From Bryobacterales bacterium (GTDB lineage Bacteria > Acidobacteriota > Terriglobia > Bryobacterales > UBA6623), in contig OZ242259.1 of NCBI GenBank assembly GCA_965207035.1, positions 3,117,329 to 3,181,328 of the forward strand: DNA of 64,000 nt. The letters are read 5' to 3'. Below are positions 57,493-64,000 of the stretch, piece after piece. The notes below the pieces were generated by a model. That model was given only the letters and a program-made list of their open reading frames with translations. It did not search any database and was not told the DNA's origin. The position numbers and the translations under genes are program-made. Positions within the stretch are counted from its first letter, which is position 1. Every line of letters starts with the position of its first letter.

Positions 57493-60400
57493 ATGGTGTT
57501 TAGTGGGTTAGGTCGCTATTCCCTGTTGACGCTGCTCGCTGCCGGAATCGGTTTGGCGCAGCAGATAGACGGACGTATCCAAGGCCAGGTGCTCGACCCG
57601 ACCGGTGCGGTGGTCGAGGGTGTCGAGGTCATTGCGGAGCAAACCGACACCGGCACTGTTCGCCGGGCGGACAGCGGACCCGAGGGTCTCTATGCGATCC
57701 CCGCGCTGGCTCCCGGCGCGTACACCGTCAGCGTCTCCGCGGAAGGCTTCAAGACGGTCCAGACCGGGCCGATAGCCTTGGCAATTGGCGACCGGATTAA
57801 CGCTGATTTCGTGCTGGAGATCGGTCCAGCATCCGAAACAGTGATCGTGTCTGCATCAGCCTGGGCCACTGAGGCTTCGGACGCTGCCGTCGGCACGGTG
57901 ATCCCTAACCGGTTTGTTACCAGCCTGCCGTTGAACGGCCGCAATTTCCTGCACCTGTCGCTGTTGACGCCAGGTAGCGTGCCGGCAGCGGTCGGCTCGC
58001 CGGGCAGTGAGCGCGGACGCTTCGCGTTCCAGGCGAACGGGGCCCGGGAATCAGCGAATTCGTTTGTCTACGACGGGGTGTACGCCATCGACCCGATCCT
58101 GAACAGCTTCAGCATTGTCCCGCCGGTGGACGCGGTGCGGGAGTTTCGCATCCAGACATCCAACTCGGAAGCCGGGCTTGGCCGCAACAGCGGGGGGCAG
58201 GTAGTGGTCGCGACCAAACGGGGCACGAACGAGTGGCACGGCACTGCGTACGAGTTTCTGCGTAACGACCGATTGGACGCCCGGAACTTCTTCAGCCGCC
58301 CGGACGACCCCGTGCCTGCGCTCCGGCGTAACCAGTACGGCGCGTCACTAGGCGGGCCGGTCGCGGAGAGCGGGACGTTTTTCTTCGCCAACTTCGAAGG
58401 CCTGCGCGAGACCCGGGCGACGACACGCACGACGAATGTGCCGACGACGGCGGAGCGGCAGGGCGACTTCTCGGGCAGCCCCGGACAGCCGCCGATCAAT
58501 TTCTACACAGGCCAGCCCTACCCCAACAACAGGCTGCCGTTTATGCACCCGATCGGGCAGGGAGTCGCGGGCCTCTACCCGGAGGCGAACCGGGCGGCTG
58601 TCGGCCAGAACTTCGTGGCAGCGCCAGAGGGCGAGGATCGAACAGACAGGCTCGACGCGAGACTGGACCGGCGAATCGGGAACCGCGGACAGTTTGCGGG
58701 CCGCTACAGCCTGGCCGACAGCCAGCGCAGCGAGCCCTACGCTGCGAATCAATTCTCGTCGGTGCCTGGGTACGGCAACGACCTGGATGAGCGGGCACAG
58801 AACCTGATGATCTCCGAGACGCACACGCTAGGGTCAAATCTCGTCAACGAGGTGCGCTTCGGATACAACCGGATCTCGAACAGTACGCTGCACGAGAACA
58901 GCGGCTCGAGCCTGAACCGCCAGCTGGGCTTGCCGGACTTCGCGACCCGGGATATCGATCTCGGGCTGAGCTTCTTTCAGGTCACGGGCTTCTCCTCGCT
59001 GGGAGGAGAGTTCAACAACCCGCAGGTCAGCACCGTGCGGTCCTGGCAAATCTCCGACTCGCTGAGCTATTCGAAGGGCAGGCACCTGGCGCAGTTCGGG
59101 TTTGAGATCCGGCGCATCGGCCAGGATGGATTCCGGAACGTGCTGTCGCGCGGGAGCATCTACTTTACGGACCGGGCCTACACCCAGAACGCGCTCGCGG
59201 ACCTGCTGTTTGGGCTGCCCAGCTACACCGTCGCGGCCCGAAGCGACAACCTGCAAGCCGCGCGCACGGGAGCGACGAATGTCTTCGCCACCGACACCTG
59301 GCGCCTGACCCGCAACCTGACGCTCTCCCTCGGGCTGCGCTACGAGTACAACGTGCCGGCCTACGACGAGGAGGACGCCGCTTCGCTGTTTGATCCAGCC
59401 AGCGTCCAGATCGTACGGCTGGGGGAATCCGGCGTGCCGCGTAGCGGATTCCTTGCCGACCGCAACAACCTCGCGCCGCGCCTGAGCCTGGCTTTCCGAC
59501 CGGCGTCATCCGACCGGCTCGTGTTTCGGGCCGGGTGGGGTCTGTACTACAACTTCTCGGACCTTGCGGCCGGCCAGGGGATCTACTTCAATCCTCCGTA
59601 CTTCCAGTCGCTGCTCTTCTTCCCGTCGCAGTTTGCACCGATAACGATTGACCAGCCATGGCCGGAAGGCCAAGCCGCTCCGGTGCCTCCCAGCGTGACC
59701 ACCTACGACCGGGAATTGAGGACAAGCTACGCACAGCAGTGGAACTTCACTGTACAAACCGAGCCTGTTGAAGACGCGGTGCTCAGCGTCACCTATAGCG
59801 GCTCGCGCGGCACGAAGCTGATCGGCGCCCGGGACATCAACCAGCCCGCACCGTCTCCGGCACAGCCCAACTACCGTCCTCTGCCAATGTTTTCAGACAT
59901 CAATCTGATTGCGTCGGCATTTGATTCGATCTATCACAGCCTACAGAGCCAATTCCAATGCCGATTTCAGAGCGGACTGACCGGGCTGTTTTCCTACACA
60001 TGGTCGAAGTCGATCGACAACGCGTCGAACTTCTTCGCATCGGCGGGGGACGCAAATTACCCGCAGGACAGCAACAACGTGGCGGCCGAGAGGGCCCGCT
60101 CAAGCTTCGACACGCCGCATCGGTTTACGGGAAGCTTCGTTTACGAACTGCCTATCGGCGCGGAAAAGAAATGGGGTTCCGGCTGGCGGGGCGGCACGGC
60201 TGCGCTACTGGCAAACTGGCAGCTGAACGGAATCGTCACGATGCAAACGGGGCAGCCATACACGATCGCGCTGCCAGGGGAATTCGACAACTCCAATACC
60301 GGGCGATCCAGCTATGGCTTCGGTGCGGGCGACCGGCCCGATGTCACGGGCGATCCGCACCTGGCGCAGCCCGATCCGCAGTTGTGGTTTGATCCGACGG

Positions 60401-60669
60401 CTTTCTCGTTGCCGGCATACGGCACCTTCGGCAACGCGGGGCGCAACATCGTGGGCGGTCCGGGACTCGCGAATGTCGATTTCTCCGTGCTCAAGAACGC
60501 CGAACTCGGGGAAACCACGACGTTGCAGTTTCGGGCTGAGTTCTTCAACCTCCTGAACACCCCTAACTTCCTGAACCCGAATGTGTTCTTCGGCACGCCC
60601 GGCTTCGGCCGGATGCTGGCTGCGCACAACGGCCGGGAAGTGCAGTTCGGAATCAAGCTGATCTTCTGA
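57493..60669 (+). CDS. TonB-dependent receptor with carboxypeptidase-regulatory N-terminal domain (Oar-like)
   Basis: GQVLDPTGAVV, LPLNGRNF..L, AVREFRIQTSN, TKRGTN, YEFLRND, NNLAPR, QFRAEFFN..N, QFGIKLIF. Confidence 0.93.
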   Translation: MVFSGLGRYSLLTLLAAGIGLAQQIDGRIQGQVLDPTGAVVEGVEVIAEQTDTGTVRRADSGPEGLYAIPALAPGAYTVSVSAEGFKTVQTGPIALAIGDRINADFVLEIGPASETVIVSASAWATEASDAAVGTVIPNRFVTSLPLNGRNFLHLSLLTPGSVPAAVGSPGSERGRFAFQANGARESANSFVYDGVYAIDPILNSFSIVPPVDAVREFRIQTSNSEAGLGRNSGGQVVVATKRGTNEWHGTAYEFLRNDRLDARNFFSRPDDPVPALRRNQYGASLGGPVAESGTFFFANFEGLRETRATTRTTNVPTTAERQGDFSGSPGQPPINFYTGQPYPNNRLPFMHPIGQGVAGLYPEANRAAVGQNFVAAPEGEDRTDRLDARLDRRIGNRGQFAGRYSLADSQRSEPYAANQFSSVPGYGNDLDERAQNLMISETHTLGSNLVNEVRFGYNRISNSTLHENSGSSLNRQLGLPDFATRDIDLGLSFFQVTGFSSLGGEFNNPQVSTVRSWQISDSLSYSKGRHLAQFGFEIRRIGQDGFRNVLSRGSIYFTDRAYTQNALADLLFGLPSYTVAARSDNLQAARTGATNVFATDTWRLTRNLTLSLGLRYEYNVPAYDEEDAASLFDPASVQIVRLGESGVPRSGFLADRNNLAPRLSLAFRPASSDRLVFRAGWGLYYNFSDLAAGQGIYFNPPYFQSLLFFPSQFAPITIDQPWPEGQAAPVPPSVTTYDRELRTSYAQQWNFTVQTEPVEDAVLSVTYSGSRGTKLIGARDINQPAPSPAQPNYRPLPMFSDINLIASAFDSIYHSLQSQFQCRFQSGLTGLFSYTWSKSIDNASNFFASAGDANYPQDSNNVAAERARSSFDTPHRFTGSFVYELPIGAEKKWGSGWRGGTAALLANWQLNGIVTMQTGQPYTIALPGEFDNSNTGRSSYGFGAGDRPDVTGDPHLAQPDPQLWFDPTAFSLPAYGTFGNAGRNIVGGPGLANVDFSVLKNAELGETTTLQFRAEFFNLLNTPNFLNPNVFFGTPGFGRMLAAHNGREVQFGIKLIF

Positions 60670-60684
60670 GGCGGGGCGCCTCAG
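60666..60684. terminator. Perfect hairpin between convergent genes, containing both stop codons
   Basis: CTGAGGCG-GGG-CGCCTCAG is an 8-bp stem. There is no U-tract on either side, so intrinsic termination is uncertain. Confidence 0.35.
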
Positions 60685-61391
60685 CCGAGGCGATCCCAGA
60701 TCTTCGAGAATTCGTGGACACCCTTGTTGCCCATGATCCAGCGGGCAGCCTTCAGGGCTCCGTGCGCGAAACCGAGGCGGTTTCGGGCGGAGTGGCTTAC
60801 CCGGATGGTATCCGCTTCCGAGTCGAATCCGATTTCGTGAATTCCGGGGAACTGACCGCTCCGCTGCGTGGCAACGTCGACGGGACGCGAGTACCCGGCG
60901 TCCCGCATGGCATCGAGAAGCCGCAGGGCCGTGCCTGAAGGAGCGTCCTTCTTGTACTTGTGGTGGGCCTCGTACATAAAGGCGTCGTATTCTTCCTGGG
61001 CGGCTAGAGCCTTTGACGCGGCTTCGACGACGCGATAGAAGGCATTGACACCGATTGAGAAGTTTGCTCCGTATACGAGGGCAGAATCGTGCTGGTTGAC
61101 AGCCTCCCGGACCCGGTCGAGCTGGCCCAGCCAGCCGGTCGTGCCGATTGCCAGAGGTATCCCGAGTTCGGCTAGCCGAACCGCATTGTCCGCCACGACT
61201 TCAGGGATCGAGAAATCGACCGCCACGTCGATCCCTGTGAAGTTTTCCTCCGTCAAGCCGTCCCCGTCGGGATTGTTGAACTCATCGAGGCGTAGGGCCA
61301 CCTCGAAGTCGTGAGAGGGAGCCAGTTGCTCCAGGAGGCGGCCCATGCGGCCGTAGCCAACCAATGCCAGCTTGTCTGGTTTGGCGCTCAC
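60681..61391 (-). CDS. dapB: 4-hydroxy-tetrahydrodipicolinate reductase
   Basis: VGYGRMG, VDFS, IGTTGW, ANFSIGVN, EAHH..KKDAPSGTA, HSARNR..FA.GAL.AA. Confidence 0.96.
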   Translation of the reverse strand: MSAKPDKLALVGYGRMGRLLEQLAPSHDFEVALRLDEFNNPDGDGLTEENFTGIDVAVDFSIPEVVADNAVRLAELGIPLAIGTTGWLGQLDRVREAVNQHDSALVYGANFSIGVNAFYRVVEAASKALAAQEEYDAFMYEAHHKYKKDAPSGTALRLLDAMRDAGYSRPVDVATQRSGQFPGIHEIGFDSEADTIRVSHSARNRLGFAHGALKAARWIMGNKGVHEFSKIWDRLG

Positions 61392-62761
61392 TGCAATTGT
61401 CCTTTCCGCGGGCGCGGCTCGTCGAAGAAGGTGGCGTGAAGGCGCCGCACGGCCACCTCAAGATCGTTTTCGTCGATGACGAATCCCACGTTTACTCTCG
61501 AGGCACCCAGCGAGATCATGCGGATCCGAATGCCCTCAAGCGAATTAAAGACCTTGGCCGCGATGCCCGGAGTATACCGGATGCCCTCGCCGACCACGCA
61601 GACAATTGCCTTGCCTGGAGTCGCTTCGGCATCGGAGATTTCGGAAAGATCCTCAAGGATGTCAGGCAGGCTTTCGGTCCGGTCGACAGTCATCGAAACA
61701 CTCACTTCGGAGGTCGACACCATGTCAACAGGCGTCTCGTGCTGCTCGAAGATCGCAAAGACCTGGGCGAGGAATCCATGAGCCATCAGCATGCGGGTCG
61801 AGTAGATGTCGATGAGAGTGATGTTTTCCTTGTAGACGACCGACTTGACCACGGTTTCCGATTCCGATGGCTCGGCGACGATGAGAGTGCCCTCGGCTTC
61901 GGGGTGCCGTGAATTGAGCACGCGGATGGGGATACCGCTCTCGATCGCCGGCAGCATGGTCGACGGATGCAGCACACGTCCGCCGAAGTAGGCAAGCTCG
62001 GAGGCTTCCCGTATTGAGAGCAGCGGCAGACTGCGAGCCGAATCGACTAGAGACGGGTCAGCGGTCATGACGCCATCCACGTCCGTCCAGATCTGCACCT
62101 CCTCGGCACCTAGTGCGGCACCGGCTAGCGATGCCGTGTAGTCCGAACCACCCCGCCCCAGCGTGGTCGGGGAGCCATCCTCACCGGTCGCGATGAACCC
62201 TCCAATAACAGGGACCTTGCCTTCCGCAAGAACCTGAGGGACCGCCTGTTGCAGGCGCTCTCGCGTCGGGTCCCGCAGGGGGCCGGCACCACCGTGCCGG
62301 GCCTCAGTGACAAATAGTTCCCTGGAGTCTGGGTTGCAAGCTGCGAGGCCGCGGTGGATTAGCGCGAGTGTAACGAGACGGCTGGAGATCCGCTCGCCGA
62401 TGCCGAGCAGGGCGTCCAACTCGGCTGAAGGGGAAGCCCTGTCAGAACGGGAATTAATCGCATGGAGCAGATCCTTGGCTTCGGACATTGCCTCGTCGAG
62501 AAACGAAACCATTTCGGAGGCGGCACCTCCTGATACGAGTGCCCGGGTAACCGCTTCGGTACGGTCGCGGATCTCCGTGAGGATGTCGGCACGCGCGACG
62601 GGACCCGCTTCCGCCGCTTCTACCAGTCGGTCCGTTGTTTCGCCGATTGCCGAGACGACGACGAGAGGATGCCTGTCGGTCCTGCTCTGGATGTTGGAAC
62701 AGGCCCGTTCGATCGCACTGGAACTGCCGACGGAAGTCCCTCCGAATTTCATGACAAGCAT
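61388..62761 (-). CDS. lysC: Aspartate kinase
   Basis: MKFGGTSV, VVVSA, TLGRGGSDYTA, IWTDVDGVMTADP, two ACT domains; overlaps the dapB start. Confidence 0.96.
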   Translation of the reverse strand: MLVMKFGGTSVGSSSAIERACSNIQSRTDRHPLVVVSAIGETTDRLVEAAEAGPVARADILTEIRDRTEAVTRALVSGGAASEMVSFLDEAMSEAKDLLHAINSRSDRASPSAELDALLGIGERISSRLVTLALIHRGLAACNPDSRELFVTEARHGGAGPLRDPTRERLQQAVPQVLAEGKVPVIGGFIATGEDGSPTTLGRGGSDYTASLAGAALGAEEVQIWTDVDGVMTADPSLVDSARSLPLLSIREASELAYFGGRVLHPSTMLPAIESGIPIRVLNSRHPEAEGTLIVAEPSESETVVKSVVYKENITLIDIYSTRMLMAHGFLAQVFAIFEQHETPVDMVSTSEVSVSMTVDRTESLPDILEDLSEISDAEATPGKAIVCVVGEGIRYTPGIAAKVFNSLEGIRIRMISLGASRVNVGFVIDENDLEVAVRRLHATFFDEPRPRKGQLQ

Positions 62762-63053
62762 TGCTGTTTTTCGTTTCGGCCGGGAAGCCTAGAATCCCAC
62801 TAGACTCGAAACGGTCAGTGACGCACCTGAGCCGTTGGTCTGGACGGATCGAGCCGAGGTCCCTCTAGGACCTTGCTGAAGGAAGGGCGGAGCGGAACCC
62901 ACGGAGGCACTGGAGCACACACTCTGATTCTGACAGGCTTGTGCGAATTGACGTCTGTCCATAGCCAACGAAGGGTGTGCGACCAAGAAGCGTCAGCCAA
63001 ACCACGAAGTTCTTGACCGGCCTGTTAACATGTGAGTACACGCTTCGATAAGC

Positions 63054-63147
<94 letters not shown>

Positions 63148-63349
63148 CGCATTCAGACGGAAGCGTTCGTTGAGTCAGCCCCCGAATCAAGGATGGCGGG
63201 GATAGTGTTCGTTGAGCAGAACTGGCCCGTCATACTGTTCTCATAGCGGAAGAGTGGTTCAGGAGACAAGCAGCAAGGTGCCTCCTCCCAGCGAGAGCAG
63301 TTGTTTGTCGAGGCCAACACGAAAGTCAATGGCTCGATACAGGTCAAGT

Positions 63350-64000
63350 CTAGGAGTCACCGTTCCGCAGAGAATCTGTGGTCTTGAGCCACGTAACAGG
63401 GATCAACGCTTTGTCATCGCGCCATCTCTCGACTATTGCCGCTTGGTACCAATTCTCGATCACGTCGGCATGCTCAGTGACTATGACCTGAAAGCCTGGC
63501 CGTAGCTCATCAACCACATCTCGGATAAGCTGCAAGATCCCGATCACTGCTCGGCGGTCTTTGTCATTGATGTTGCCTTTCAGGCCCACAAGCTCTCGGT
63601 CAGCGGGAAAGTAGGCCTGAGAAAGCTGATCCAAGAAAAGAAATCGAGGTACGGGCCGCGCGTTTCGCACGAACCACACATGTAGAGCCAGATGAGCAAT
63701 GATATGGCAGCAGAGCGCATTCGCGGCACTGCCCATTCGGCTCATAGGAATGGGGCCGGTTTCGATGTCCGCCACGACCTGTAGTCGACGCACATCCAAT
63801 CGAAAAGGGTTCCCCCCAAACTCATGCTCAAGCCTGCCCGCCCATTCCGTGAGGCGATTTCCGACTATTGAGAGGATGGAATCCAAGCGCTCCTGAAGTC
63901 CCTCGTCACTGAGCTCGCCCTCAATGCGCTCGATCTCCCTCTGAATCTCGGCGATTTCCTGGCGTAGGTCTGAGCTTTCGTCAAGCTGTGGTAGTGACTC
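63350..64000 (-). CDS. DUF3732 domain SMC-like/ABC ATPase protein, C-terminal part; continues beyond the window
   Basis: Frame is open to 64000 (coiled coil ESLPQLDESSDLRQEIAEIQREIERIE). Motifs MGSAAN..CCHIIAHLALH, PVPRFLFLDQLSQAYFP, FQVIVTEHA, WR..KALIP..W. Confidence 0.88.
   Translation of the reverse strand, partial: ESLPQLDESSDLRQEIAEIQREIERIEGELSDEGLQERLDSILSIVGNRLTEWAGRLEHEFGGNPFRLDVRRLQVVADIETGPIPMSRMGSAANALCCHIIAHLALHVWFVRNARPVPRFLFLDQLSQAYFPADRELVGLKGNINDKDRRAVIGILQLIRDVVDELRPGFQVIVTEHADVIENWYQAAIVERWRDDKALIPVTWLKTTDSLRNGDS

Noticed and set aside
62762-63053. Possible lysine riboswitch or SRP/6S RNA between lysC and tRNA-Ser (hairpin AGGTCC-CTCTA-GGACCT)
   Set aside because: Apart from one hairpin, no L-box, SRP or 6S consensus could be matched by eye; an Rfam cmscan would settle it.

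Overview
GC-rich bacterial chromosomal segment, most likely Acidobacteriota (Bryobacterales-like). This is inferred from the Oar-type TonB receptor, the SpoIVB/beta-propeller pair and the fused E1 alpha/beta subunit. NHL/teneurin-like repeat proteins, a Uma2 protein with heptad repeats and IS1595 scars suggest a marine invertebrate (sponge-type) symbiont, which is also an inference. Core genes (RND efflux pair, 2-oxoacid dehydrogenase E1, ribH-nusB, dapB-lysC, tRNA-Ser(GCT)) are interleaved with exported carbohydrate-type enzymes, a type III PKS + ICMT pair and a desaturase. Accessory pieces include an intact ISKra4-family IS with a 9-bp target duplication, two decayed IS1595 copies and several truncated genes. 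Best leads: (1) a coupled SNF2 helicase + actin/Hsp70-fold ATPase cassette bracketed by inward-facing IS1595 relics; (2) a UGA-recoded (selenocysteine, UxxC) peroxiredoxin-like protein fused to a DsbD N-terminal domain, with a SECIS-like hairpin, which the ORF track splits in two; (3) a MazG-like pyrophosphatase + DUF2075 nuclease-helicase operon; (4) an apparently autoregulated XRE-HTH + conserved unknown protein operon; (5) degenerate tRNA-like elements at two loci; (6) a DUF3732 (Lamassu/ABC-three-component type) gene next to tRNA-Ser. No CRISPR array or rRNA was seen. All family assignments come from motif recognition, not from database searches.
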